A stretch of DNA of 64,000 nucleotides from Deferrisomatales bacterium (GTDB taxonomy: Bacteria > Desulfobacterota > Deferrisomatia > Deferrisomatales > JACRMM01), in NCBI GenBank assembly GCA_033551855.1, contig JAWSUI010000001.1, positions 32,001-96,000 on the forward strand. Direction: 5' to 3'. Below the pieces are notes generated by a model, which was given only the letters and a program-made list of their open reading frames with translations, made no database searches and was not told the origin of the DNA. The stretch's first letter is position 1; every line of letters starts with the position of its first letter. The translations under genes and the position numbers were made by a program. This document shows, one piece after another, positions 54,048 to 63,690 of the stretch.

Positions 54048-55244
54048 ATGAGCAAGGTGCTGATCATCGGGGCGGGGGGAGTGGGACGGGTGGTGGCCCA
54101 CAAGGCCACCCAGGCGAAGGACGTCTTCACGGCCATCACCCTGGCCTCCCGCACCAAGGCCAAGTGCGACGCCATCGCGGCGGAGCTCCCGGTGCCGATC
54201 CGCACGGCGCGGGTGGACGCCGACGACGTGGGGCAGCTCGTGGAGCTGATCCGCCGCGAGAGCCCCGCCCTCGTCCTGAACGTGGCCCTCCCCTACCAGG
54301 ACCTGACCATCATGGACGCGTGCCTGGAGACCGGGGTCGACTACCTGGACACGGCCAACTACGAGCCCCGAGACACCGCCAAGTTCGAGTACTCCTGGCA
54401 GTGGGCGTACCACGACCGCTTCCGCGAGAAGGGCCTCATGGCCCTCCTGGGGAGCGGCTTCGACCCCGGGGTCACCAACGTCTTCACGGCCTGGGCGGCG
54501 AAGCACTGCCTCGACGAGCTCCACGAGCTCGACATCATCGACGCCAACGCCGGCAGCCACGGCCAGCCCTTCGCCACCAACTTCAACCCCGAGATCAACA
54601 TCCGGGAGGTCACCGCCCCCTGCCGCCACTGGGAGGACGGCCGCTGGGTCGAGTCCCCTGCCCTCAGCACGCGGCGGACCTACGACTTCCCCGAGGGGAT
54701 CGGCCCCATGGCAGTCTACCGGATGTACCACGAGGAGCTCGAGTCCCTGGCGAGGCACTTCCCCACCCTCCGCAAGGCCCAGTTCTGGATGACCTTCTCG
54801 GACAACTACCTCAAGCACCTGGAGGTGCTCCAGAACGTGGGCATGACCCGCATCGACCCGGTGCTCTACGAGGGAAGGGAGATCGTCCCGCTCCAGTTCC
54901 TCAAGGCCGTGCTCCCGGACCCGGGGAGCCTCGGGCCTCTCACCAAGGGGAAGACCTGCATCGGCGTCGTGGCCCGCGGGGTCAAGGCCGGGGCGAAGCG
55001 CGAGGTCTACGTCTACAACATCTGCGACCACGAGGAGGCCTACCGGGAGACCAACTCCCAGGCCATCAGCTACACCACCGGGGTGCCGGCCGTCGTCGGC
55101 GCGGCCATGATGCTCGGGGACCGGTGGCGGGGCGCCGGCGTCTTCAACCTGGAGCAGTTCGACCCCGATCCATTCCTCGAGACCTTGGGCCGGATGGGCC
55201 TTCCCTGGCAGGCGGTGGAACGGGAGGGCTGGACGGCCCTCTGA
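54048..55244 (+). CDS. Saccharopine-dehydrogenase-family protein (carboxy(nor)spermidine / carboxyaminopropylagmatine dehydrogenase-like)
   Basis: IIGAGGVG, NVALPYQDLTIMDAC, YLDTANYE, GSGFDPGVT, FATNFNPEINIRE, YHEELESL, QAISYTTGVPA; follows speA. Confidence 0.88.
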   Translation: MSKVLIIGAGGVGRVVAHKATQAKDVFTAITLASRTKAKCDAIAAELPVPIRTARVDADDVGQLVELIRRESPALVLNVALPYQDLTIMDACLETGVDYLDTANYEPRDTAKFEYSWQWAYHDRFREKGLMALLGSGFDPGVTNVFTAWAAKHCLDELHELDIIDANAGSHGQPFATNFNPEINIREVTAPCRHWEDGRWVESPALSTRRTYDFPEGIGPMAVYRMYHEELESLARHFPTLRKAQFWMTFSDNYLKHLEVLQNVGMTRIDPVLYEGREIVPLQFLKAVLPDPGSLGPLTKGKTCIGVVARGVKAGAKREVYVYNICDHEEAYRETNSQAISYTTGVPAVVGAAMMLGDRWRGAGVFNLEQFDPDPFLETLGRMGLPWQAVEREGWTAL

Positions 55245-55284
55245 GGGGGAGGGTTCCCGGCCGCTGAAAGCGTCGGGCGCGGCT

Positions 55285-56190
55285 TCAGGCGCTGCGGCGG
55301 GGAGGCCGGTTGACCAGGACCATGCCGGTGCACACCAGGCCCAGGGCCACCAGCAGGGTGACCCGCAGGGTCTCGCCGGGCAGCAGCATCACGCTCAGGA
55401 ACACGCCGAAGACCGGGGCGAAGAAGGTGAAGGCTGCCAGCAGGCTCACGCTGTAGCGCTCGATCATCTCGAACCACACGATGTAGCTGAGAAACGCCAC
55501 CACGAAGCACTGGTAGGCGAGGGACAACGCCACGGCAGGGGTGACGCCGATCCACACCCGGTCCTCCAGGAGCGCGCTCCACACCAGGAGCACCGGCGCC
55601 GAGAACGCGAGCTGGTAGAAGAGCACCTGCAGGGGCCCCGCCCGGCCCACCAGGAACCGCTTGATGTAGAGGGTCGTGGCCCCCCACAGGGCCGCACCGA
55701 GGAGCACGGACAGGTCCCCCGGGAGAGTTTCCCGGCTGGTGGCCCCCCACCCCTGGGCGAAGAGGCTCGCCACGCCGGCGAAGGCGAGCACGAGCCCGGC
55801 AGCCTTGACCGGGTGCAGGCGGTCCCCGGTGAGGAAGAGGTGGGCGCCCAGCGCCACGAAGAAGGGGTGCGTGTAGAGGAGGATGACCCCCCGCGACGCC
55901 TCGGTGTGGAGAAGCCCCAGATAGATGAACCCGAACTCGAGGCCGAAGAGCAGCCCCACGGCGACCCCGTGGCCGAGCACGGCCGGGCGCCCGGGGGGGA
56001 GAACCGGCACTCCGCGCGCCCGCATCCAGACCCACACGCACAGCCCTGCCACCAGGGACCGGAGGCCAGCCGAGAAGAGCGGCGCGACGCCCTCCACGCT
56101 CACCTTGATGGCGACCATGTTGCCCCCCCAGAGGACACACAGGACCACCAGGACCAGCACGGCCGCCCGAGGCAGCTGACCCTGGCTCAC
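55285..56190 (-). CDS. EamA/DMT-family transporter
   Basis: About 10 TM helices in two EamA repeats (LWGGNMVAIK, PLFSAGLR, ILLYTHPFFV, FFAPVFGV). Confidence 0.9.
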   Translation of the reverse strand: MSQGQLPRAAVLVLVVLCVLWGGNMVAIKVSVEGVAPLFSAGLRSLVAGLCVWVWMRARGVPVLPPGRPAVLGHGVAVGLLFGLEFGFIYLGLLHTEASRGVILLYTHPFFVALGAHLFLTGDRLHPVKAAGLVLAFAGVASLFAQGWGATSRETLPGDLSVLLGAALWGATTLYIKRFLVGRAGPLQVLFYQLAFSAPVLLVWSALLEDRVWIGVTPAVALSLAYQCFVVAFLSYIVWFEMIERYSVSLLAAFTFFAPVFGVFLSVMLLPGETLRVTLLVALGLVCTGMVLVNRPPRRSA

Positions 56191-56537
56191 GTGCACCCTC
56201 CCGGGGTTTTCCCTCCCCTCGCCAAGCTGCGCCTCCTTCGTCCTCCGGGTCCGGGCAGCATTACCAGGCAACTACCACGGGGTGTCAACCGGATTCTGCG
56301 GTTCGCTCCCGGATCGTGTCGGCATGGATCCGCCAGGGGAGGGGCCCTGCGGGCCGTCTCGTGCCGCGGGCGGCGCGACCCCGTCGCCGGCGTCTCCAGC
56401 CCGATGGGAACCCACACCGATCGCGACAGAGTCGACCGTGCTCGGCCGGACCGCGCGGGCGCGGGCAACCGCCTTCAGTTCCGGCGCGGGCCGGCCGAAA
56501 GGGACGCTGCACGAGCGGCTCACGAGGAACGAAAACG

Positions 56538-58244
56538 ATGTTCTTCCCCCTCCACCAGCGGTCCGACGCGGAGCGGCCCATCGCGGCGGGCAGACTCCTG
56601 CTCGCCGGCGCCTCGGTGCTCGCCCTGGGGCTGGCCCCACCGGAGCCGGGCCCGGGCGGGGGCCTGCTCTTGGGCGTTCTCCTCGCCTACGGCCTGTATG
56701 CGGTCGCAGCAGCGGCGCTCGCCGCCGCCGCCCGGGTCCCGCGCGGCCCGCTTGTCCTGGCCAGCCACGGCCTGGACATAGCGGTCGGGGCGCTGCTCCT
56801 CGGGCTCACCGCCGGCCTCGCGAGCCCCTTCTTCCCCTATCTGGTCTTCGCGCTGCTCAGCGGCACCCTGCGCTGGGACGGCCGGGGCGCCCTCTGGACG
56901 GGGGTGGCCGTCTTCGGCGTGTTCACGGCCCTCGCCCTGGCCGGCGGCTCCCCGTCCGGAGGGGCGGACGGGGGGATCGACCATCGCCTCGCGCTTACCC
57001 GCGCAGGCCACCTGTCGGCGGCCACCCTCCTGCTGGCCCACCTGGGGGGTCGCCTGGCGCGGCTCCGGGGGGACGCGGGCCGTCTCGCCTCGGGCCTCCG
57101 GCCGCCCTCCGGGGACGCCGACGAGGCTCTGCGGGACGCCCTGGCCCACGCGGCCGTCACCCTCGGCGCCCCCCGGGCAGCGGTCTGCTGGGACGACCCC
57201 GAGGAGCCCTGGCTCCACCTGGCCCTCTGGTCGGCCGAGGGCTTCGAGCGCCGGCGGGAACCGCCCGGGCGCTTGGATCCGCCGGTGGCAGAGCCGTTGC
57301 TCGAGGCGGACTTCTGCTGCCCCGGACCTTCCCGGCCGCGGGCCGAGGTGACCTGCCGAGCCCCGAGCGGTCTGGCGCGCTGGCGGGGGGAGCCCCTCCA
57401 CCCGGGGCTCCGGGCCATGCTGGCCCCGCGCTCGGTGCTCGGCCTGGTGCTCCTCGGCGAGACGTTCCAGGGCCGGCTCTTCGCCCTGGACAAGGAGGGC
57501 CTGGGCGAGGACGATCTGGCGCTGGGGCGCGCGGTGGCCCGCCAAGTGGCCGCACACCTCGACCAGGCCCACCAGGTGGAACGGCTGCGCCGTGCCGCCG
57601 CCTGGGACGAGAGGGTCCGGCTGGCCCGGGACCTCCACGACGGCGTGGTCCAGTCCCTCACGGCCGCGGCCCTCAAGGTCCAGGCGGCCCTGGGCGCCCT
57701 GGGCCGGCGCCCGGAGGACGTCGAGGCCCGCCTCCGGGAGGTGCAGCAGATCCTGGCCGACGAGCAGCGAGACCTCCGGGCGATCTCCCGGGACCTCAAG
57801 CCCTGGGCCTCCTCGCCCACGGTCGAGCGGGATCTCGCTCGCCGCCTGCGGGAGGTGTGCGAGCGGGTGGAGGCCCACTGGGGGCTCCGGGCGGTGTTCC
57901 AAGGGTCCCTCAACGGGCTGGGGGCGGTGCCGGGCTCCCTGGCCCACGAGACGTGCCGTACCCTCCACGAGGCCCTGGTCAACGCGGCCCGCCACGGCCG
58001 CGCCCGGATTGCGCGAGTGGCCCTGGCCGCCGGAAGCCCCGGCTATCGCCTGACCGTCGAGGACGACGGCAGCGGCTTCTCCTTCCGCGGCGCCTACGAG
58101 CTCCCGGAGCTCGCCGCGCGGAGGATGGGCCCCCTGGCGCTGCGGGAGCGGGTGGCCGGGCTCGGCGGGACCCTTCGCGTCGAATCCCATGAGGGAGGGG
58201 CGCGGCTCGAGATCGGCTTTCCCCTTCCGGGCAGGAGCGGGTGA
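56538..58244 (+). CDS. Membrane sensor histidine kinase (HisKA_3, NarX/DesK-like)
   Basis: N-terminal TM helices, ERVRLARDLHDGVVQSL, EALVNAARHG, VEDDGSGF, LRERVAGLGG. Confidence 0.88.
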   Translation: MFFPLHQRSDAERPIAAGRLLLAGASVLALGLAPPEPGPGGGLLLGVLLAYGLYAVAAAALAAAARVPRGPLVLASHGLDIAVGALLLGLTAGLASPFFPYLVFALLSGTLRWDGRGALWTGVAVFGVFTALALAGGSPSGGADGGIDHRLALTRAGHLSAATLLLAHLGGRLARLRGDAGRLASGLRPPSGDADEALRDALAHAAVTLGAPRAAVCWDDPEEPWLHLALWSAEGFERRREPPGRLDPPVAEPLLEADFCCPGPSRPRAEVTCRAPSGLARWRGEPLHPGLRAMLAPRSVLGLVLLGETFQGRLFALDKEGLGEDDLALGRAVARQVAAHLDQAHQVERLRRAAAWDERVRLARDLHDGVVQSLTAAALKVQAALGALGRRPEDVEARLREVQQILADEQRDLRAISRDLKPWASSPTVERDLARRLREVCERVEAHWGLRAVFQGSLNGLGAVPGSLAHETCRTLHEALVNAARHGRARIARVALAAGSPGYRLTVEDDGSGFSFRGAYELPELAARRMGPLALRERVAGLGGTLRVESHEGGARLEIGFPLPGRSG

Positions 58245-58245
58245 C

Positions 58246-58884
58246 GTGAAGATACGCTTGGTGCTCGCCGACGATCACCCCCTCGTGCTGGAGGGGCTCG
58301 CGAACCTGCTGGGGCGCGACGGCGCCTTCGAGGTCCTCGCCCAGTGCCCCACGGGCCGGGAGGCCCTCGAAGCGGTGCGGGAGCACCGGCCGGACCTCCT
58401 GGTGCTGGACCTCCAGATGCCCGGCATGGACGGCCTCGAAGTGCTCCGCCGGCTCCAGGAGGACGGCAACGGCACCCGGGTCGTGCTGCTCACCGGAGCG
58501 CTGGACGAGGACGAGGTGCTGGAGGCGATCCGCCTCGGGGTCAAGGGCGTCGTGCTGAAGGAGATGGCGCCCAGCCTCCTCATCCAGTGCCTGCGCAAGG
58601 TGCACGCCGGAGGCCAGTGGCTCGAGAAGGAGTCCGTCGGGAAGGCCCTGGAGAAGCTCCTCCGCCGCGAGGCGGGCGCGCGGGAGGCGGCCGCCGCCCT
58701 GACACCCCGCGAGATCGAGGTGGTGCAGATGACGGCCCGGGGGCTCCGGAACAAGGAGATCGCCGAGCGCCTCTTCCTGAGCGAGGGCACCGTCAAAGTG
58801 CACCTCCACAACATCTACGAGAAGCTCGGTCTGGACGGCCGGGTAGCACTTCTGCTCTGGGCCCGGGAGCGGGAGCTCGGCTGA
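58246..58884 (+). CDS. NarL/LuxR-family response regulator
   Basis: LADDHPLV, DLQMP, LTPREIEV...GLRNKEIAERLFLSEGTVKVHL. Confidence 0.95.
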   Translation: MKIRLVLADDHPLVLEGLANLLGRDGAFEVLAQCPTGREALEAVREHRPDLLVLDLQMPGMDGLEVLRRLQEDGNGTRVVLLTGALDEDEVLEAIRLGVKGVVLKEMAPSLLIQCLRKVHAGGQWLEKESVGKALEKLLRREAGAREAAAALTPREIEVVQMTARGLRNKEIAERLFLSEGTVKVHLHNIYEKLGLDGRVALLLWARERELG

Positions 58885-58943
58885 GAGTCCGGGGAGGCCT
58901 GACGGGCACTGCAAGACACACCGAGACGAGGGGTGCTCCACGC

Positions 58944-58979
58944 ACGAGCCCCCTCTCCCGCACGGGAGAGGGGGCTCGT
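58944..58979. terminator. Long hairpin (terminator or REP-like) between convergent genes
   Basis: ACGAGCCCCCTCTCCC-GCAC-GGGAGAGGGGGCTCGT. Confidence 0.6.
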
Positions 58980-58998
58980 CGCTCCCGGGCTCGGGTTC

Positions 58999-59709
58999 CT
59001 ACTCCTCGGAGCCCTCGTCCGGGTTCCAGCAGAAGGTGACGTGACTGATCTCCCGCGGCTCACCCGACCCGGCGTTGAGGGGGGCGTGGAGCCCGGAATC
59101 GTAGAGCTCGGCGGGGTCGTACACGAAGGCGTTGGCCCCCAGGCCACCCTTGACGATTACCGCGCCGATGCCGACGGTGGCCTCCCACCAGAAGGAGTCG
59201 CCGTCGTTGATGATCGCGATCTCGTTGCCGGCGTGCTCCCAAAGGCCGTCCGGGGCGGCGGCGTCCACCTTGAACCCGTAGGCGAACTCCCCGACCCGGG
59301 CGCACTCGGCCTCCGCGCTCCCGTTCACCCAGGTCTCGAAGACGATCGGGTTCACGAGGGCCGTGAAGTCGTCGTCGCCGTCACCGCCGGACCCGGACCC
59401 GCCCGAGCCCCCGGTATCGCCGGAGTCCGACCCGGAACCGGTGTCGGTGTCGGCATCACCCGAGGGGTCCCCGGAGACGCTGTCGCCCGTGCCGCCCGCC
59501 GCGGTTCCGGAATCCCCGCCTCCCGCACCCCCGCCCTCGAGGACGGTTCCCGTGCTGCCCGTGCCGGCGCCGTCCGGGCTGGGAGTATCCGCCGAAAGGC
59601 TCCCGTCCCCCGCCACGAGCCCCCCGCCCCCGCCCCCGCCCCCGCTGCCGCAACCGCCGAGGAGCAGCGCCATCACCGCGACCACCACTGCAAAATTCGA
59701 GCTCTTCAT
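58999..59709 (-). CDS. Lipoprotein with a long Gly/Ser/Asp/Thr linker and a small C-terminal globular domain
   Basis: Lipobox LGG-C, low-complexity linker, then VIVKGG.GANAFVY...GLHAPLN...ISHVTFC; GGAGG SD. Confidence 0.8.
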   Translation of the reverse strand: MKSSNFAVVVAVMALLLGGCGSGGGGGGGGLVAGDGSLSADTPSPDGAGTGSTGTVLEGGGAGGGDSGTAAGGTGDSVSGDPSGDADTDTGSGSDSGDTGGSGGSGSGGDGDDDFTALVNPIVFETWVNGSAEAECARVGEFAYGFKVDAAAPDGLWEHAGNEIAIINDGDSFWWEATVGIGAVIVKGGLGANAFVYDPAELYDSGLHAPLNAGSGEPREISHVTFCWNPDEGSEE

Positions 59710-60101
59710 GGGTCACCTCCGTGTTCGGTTGGTCAAGATCCTATCCGTGAGTTGCACAAGGGGCTTTGCCATCTGTTGGGCCTCGACCTCGGCCCCGTTC
59801 TGAACCTGGGCCAAAGCATAGAGACCGCTGGTACCCGCCACCATTTGGCGACGGATACATTTGCGGTCCCTCCAGGGGTGTATGCGGCCTATGTCTCGGG
59901 GTATAGGCGGGTTCGGCCCCGTCCGGCCGTCGACACACCAGCGGAGGGCGGAGCGTCGACCACGACATCCCCCAATTCGCTCCCGGGAGCCTTCCGAGGG
60001 CTCTCCTGCTCGCCCCGCCTCCGATCCCGGGAAGATCCTGTCAATAGCCTTTTCATGCTATTTGCTTGAATTATGTCCTCCAAATGGTATAGATGTGCGT
60101 C

Positions 60102-60767
60102 ATGGGACCGGAAGCACCCTTTGCGTGCCTCACCTCCGACATCGTGCGCTCCCGGGAAGCCCCCGACCGGGCGGCCCTCCAGTGCCGCATCGAAGCGGCC
60201 TTGGCAAGGGTGAACGAGTCGTTGCGGGGGCAACTCGCCGTGCCGCTGGCAGTCACCGTCGGCGACGAGTGGCAGGGTCTGTTCACGTGCCTGGAGGCGG
60301 CCCTGGAAGCCGATCTCGTCCTGCGGGGCGCCCTGGCCCCCGAAGTCTTCGCCACCGGCATCGGCGTGGGCGGCCTGGCGACTCCCCTGGCCGGCAGGAC
60401 CGCGGACATGGACGGCCCGTGCTTCCACCGAGCAAGGGGTGCCCTGGAGAGAGCGAAGCGCCGGGGGTCGGGGGGGGTAGCCGTCGACTCGGGGGACCCG
60501 GGTCTCGACCTGCCGGTCAACACCATCTGCCACCTGCTCTCCGCCCTCTCGTCCCGGTGGACCGAGAAGCAGCTCCGGGCCGTCCTCACCTACCGGGAGC
60601 GGGGCACCGAGCTAGCGGCGGCCGAGGCCCTGGGCATATCCCAGCCCGTGCTGCACCGGAGCCTCGCGGGAGCCCGCGGACGGGAGTTCCTCGAGGCCTA
60701 CCGGCAACTGCTGGCGTTCGTGCGGGGCTACCCGGGGGGCCCGCGGGAGGAGGCTCGCGCCCCATGA
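60102..60767 (+). CDS. SatD-family protein with C-terminal HTH
   Basis: LTSDIVRSR, TVGDEWQG, GIGVG, MDGPCFHRAR, WTEKQ, AAEALGISQPVLHRSL. Confidence 0.82.
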   Translation: MGPEAPFACLTSDIVRSREAPDRAALQCRIEAALARVNESLRGQLAVPLAVTVGDEWQGLFTCLEAALEADLVLRGALAPEVFATGIGVGGLATPLAGRTADMDGPCFHRARGALERAKRRGSGGVAVDSGDPGLDLPVNTICHLLSALSSRWTEKQLRAVLTYRERGTELAAAEALGISQPVLHRSLAGARGREFLEAYRQLLAFVRGYPGGPREEARAP

Positions 60768-61141
60768 CCGCGGTGCAGGGACTTCTCCTCCTCGCCGGCT
60801 ACGCCGTCGCGGTCTTCGGGGGCGCCGTGGCCGTGGAGGCCGGCCTGCGCCGGCTCCTGCGAGCCGAGGACGTGGAGGGGATCTCGTCGTTTCGCCGCAT
60901 GGGGCTGCACGACGCCGGCAGGATCATCGGCTGCCTGGAGCGGTTCCTCTTCCTGACCTTCGTCCTCGCCGACGCGTGGTCCGCCGTGGGTTTCGTGCTG
61001 GCCGCCAAGGGGCTGATCCGCTACGGGGAGATCCAGGACGATCGGGACCACAAGATCGCCGAGTACGTCCTGATCGGGACCATGGCGAGCCTCGCCTGGG
61101 CCGTGACGGTGGGGCTCCTCGTGAGGCGCTGGATCGGCTGA
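60764..61141 (+). CDS. SatE/DUF3307-like membrane protein
   Basis: AGRIIGCLER, VGFVLAAKGLIRY, AEYVLIGTMAS; ATGA coupling to satD-like gene. Confidence 0.75.
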   Translation: MTAVQGLLLLAGYAVAVFGGAVAVEAGLRRLLRAEDVEGISSFRRMGLHDAGRIIGCLERFLFLTFVLADAWSAVGFVLAAKGLIRYGEIQDDRDHKIAEYVLIGTMASLAWAVTVGLLVRRWIG

Positions 61142-61306
61142 CCTCGCCCGGGAGAGTACCGTCCGTTAGCCGACGGGCCTTCGGCATCCAACCCCCCTTG
61201 AAGGGGCGGTGCCCGACCCGCCCTAGCCGGCGGTCCACCGAGGTCCGTTGGGGGGGAGGTTGCCGACGGCGAGAACGGCCGTGGGGCAAGAGTCGGTGGG
61301 CCGCGT

Positions 61307-61663
61307 TCAGATCTTGGACAGATTCGTGGGGGACCCGCTCAGCCCACCGCCCGGCCCGTGGCCCTCGAAGCGCAGGTCGGTGAAGCGGACGCCGACGGCG
61401 GCGTGTGCGCCGGCGGGCTCGACCCGGAGGACCTCGCTGCGGCACTGGACGGCTATCTCTCTGTTGGCGCGGCGGCCGGGCAAGCGGACGGTGAGGGGGA
61501 GGACCTCGCCCAGGGCGGGGGGGGTCTCGGCGGTCCATTGGGCGCCGAGGCGGCTCACGTTCGTGGTCACTCCGGTGCCCCCGGGCCACTCCACCAGCAG
61601 GGCCAGGGCGAAGCGGGGCGCCGCGCGGCGCTCCTGGCCGGGATCGTTGCTCTCTGCGGCCAT
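61307..61663 (-). CDS. Stand-alone PilZ-domain protein
   Basis: ERRAAPR (RxxxR), NVSRLG (D/NxSxxG), VGVRF; GGGAGG SD. Confidence 0.78.
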   Translation of the reverse strand: MAAESNDPGQERRAAPRFALALLVEWPGGTGVTTNVSRLGAQWTAETPPALGEVLPLTVRLPGRRANREIAVQCRSEVLRVEPAGAHAAVGVRFTDLRFEGHGPGGGLSGSPTNLSKI

Positions 61664-62053
61664 GGGGCCTCCCCTCGCGAGTGCCGCTGTTCACCACGCA
61701 TGCCGCAAGGGTACGGGTGTCCGCCGGTCCTCACCATCTGGCAGGGGGCATAATCGCGTGTGGCCGTTGGGAGTAGCTTTCCTGTGTCCTTCGATGTAGG
61801 CGCGCGGCAGGGGCTCGGCCTGGCGGCGGCCTCCCCGGGACCACCGGCGGGACGCCGGGAACGAACCAACCCAGGAATTCCTCCGCGCCGCAGCGACTCT
61901 GCGCGAGATCGTTCTTGCCTTCGACCGGCCCATAGAGTTTCCGGAAGCGCCTCTTGACCCCACGGGCGATTCGGGCATGATGGTGGACTCCGCCGGGAGA
62001 CGGCGGGTCAATGGAAGGGCGGAAGGGGCCGGTGCACGGGCCGGGGAGCGGAC

Positions 62054-63241
62054 ATGGGCGCGAAGAAAGCGGACTACTTCCGGATCTTCTTCGAGGCGAG
62101 CGAGGCGGTGCTGTCCTCACGCACCCTCCAGGAGGTGCTCAATCTCCTGGTGCGGCGCAGCGTGCACGCCGTGGGCGCCAAGGCCGGGAGCCTGCGGCTG
62201 GTGGACGAGAAGTCCAACCGGCTGGAGCTCGTGGCATCTCACCTGCTGAGCCGGAGGTACCTCGCCAAAGGCACTCCCCACCTCGACCGCAGCATCCCGG
62301 AGGTGATGGAGCGCGTACCCGTCTTCATCGCGGACGCCTGGAGCGACCCCCGGGTGGAGTTCCCGGAGGAGAAGCGCGCGGAGGGCCTCCGCACGGTGCT
62401 CTCGGTGCCGGTGGTGGCGAAGGAGCGGGTGATCGGCGTGCTGCGCCTCTACACCGCCGAGCCGCGGGAGTACCTTCCCGAGGAGATCGAGTTCGTCTCC
62501 GCCTTGGCGGAGATGGGAGGGCTCGCCATCGCCAACGCGCGGGTCTACGAGGAGCAGGGGGTGAAGCTCTCGTCCCTCCTCGAAGGCATCGGGGTGCACC
62601 TGCCGGCCTCGGGGCCCATGGGCAAGCGGCGGTTCCGGACCTTCGCGGTCCAGCCGGTGCCGCCGGAGAAGAGCCTGGAGCAGTTCCGGGCGCTCCACTC
62701 CGCGACCCGCGCCATCCTGGCCACCCTGAACTCGTCGGAGGCAACGGCCCTCATCCTGGAGGAGGTGCTCAAGCTCACGGGGGTGAAGGGCGGCTCCATC
62801 CGCCTGGTGAACGAGACCTCCGGTCAGCTCGACCTCGTGGCGTCCCGGGGGCTCAGCGAGGCCTATCTGCGCAAGGGCCCGCTGCACTCGGACCGGAGCA
62901 TCCAGGAGGCGCTGACGGGGATTCCGGTGCTGATCCGGGACGCGCAGACCGATCCCCGGGTGGAGTACCCCCAGGCCGCCGCCCGGGAGGGGATCGTCTC
63001 TCTCCTGACCATTCCCATCGTGGCCCGGGAGCGGGTGATCGGCATCCTGCGGCTGTACGCCTCCGAGCCGGTCGACTACAGCCAGGGGGACGTGGCCTTT
63101 CTTTCCGCGCTGGCCGAGGTGGCGGGCATCGCCCTGATGAACGCTCGCCTCTACGAGCGCACCCAGTACGACCTCTCCTTCTGGCAGACCACGGTGGAGT
63201 ATCTGGGGGCAGGGGGCACTGGGGGAAAGGCAGGAGTGTGA
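62054..63241 (+). CDS. Tandem GAF-GAF protein with no output domain
   Basis: Two repeats of GSLRLVDE/GSIRLVNE...DPRVE(F/Y)P...ERVIG(V/I)LRLY...SALAE.AG.A..NAR.YE. Confidence 0.85.
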   Translation: MGAKKADYFRIFFEASEAVLSSRTLQEVLNLLVRRSVHAVGAKAGSLRLVDEKSNRLELVASHLLSRRYLAKGTPHLDRSIPEVMERVPVFIADAWSDPRVEFPEEKRAEGLRTVLSVPVVAKERVIGVLRLYTAEPREYLPEEIEFVSALAEMGGLAIANARVYEEQGVKLSSLLEGIGVHLPASGPMGKRRFRTFAVQPVPPEKSLEQFRALHSATRAILATLNSSEATALILEEVLKLTGVKGGSIRLVNETSGQLDLVASRGLSEAYLRKGPLHSDRSIQEALTGIPVLIRDAQTDPRVEYPQAAAREGIVSLLTIPIVARERVIGILRLYASEPVDYSQGDVAFLSALAEVAGIALMNARLYERTQYDLSFWQTTVEYLGAGGTGGKAGV

Positions 63242-63474
63242 GCGGCGAACCAAGGGGGGGAGGCGCGCCGAAACCGTTCGCGCCCCCCCTCCGTCGCACC
63301 GGCCGTTGGCCGAACCGGACCCCGCCGCTACAAAGAAGCTGCCCCCCCTCTTTGACTCTCCGGGTTCTCCATAGGGCGGGGCTCGCCCCCCGGACCCGGC
63401 GGGAGAAGCCCGCTGCGCGGGAACCTCCCGCCCTCCCGTTTCATCCCTCGGGGTGACCAAGGGTCAAGGGCAAC

Positions 63475-63690
63475 TCAGTCCCCGGTTTCGTACTTGAAGG
63501 ACAGGGCCACCCGGGTCCGGAACGCCACGACCTTGCCGTCCTCCACCTTCAGGTCCAGCTTGGTCACTTCGGCGACCCGCAGGTCCCGGAGGGTCCCGCT
63601 TGCGGTCGCCACGGCCTTCTGTGCCGCCTCCTCCCAGGACTTGGTGCTCGTGCCCACCACGTCGATGATCCGGTACACGCTGTCTCCCAT
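63475..63690 (-). CDS. Dodecin (flavin-binding protein)
   Basis: SVYRIIDVVGTSTKSWEEAA..AV...TLRDLRVAEV...FRTRVALSFKYE; GAGGAGG SD. Confidence 0.9.
   Translation of the reverse strand: MGDSVYRIIDVVGTSTKSWEEAAQKAVATASGTLRDLRVAEVTKLDLKVEDGKVVAFRTRVALSFKYETGD

Noticed and set aside
59755..59772. Sigma54 promoter for the Gly-rich lipoprotein (TGGCAAAGCCCCTTGT on the minus strand)
   Set aside because: The spacing is one base too long and the -12 element reads GT rather than GC.
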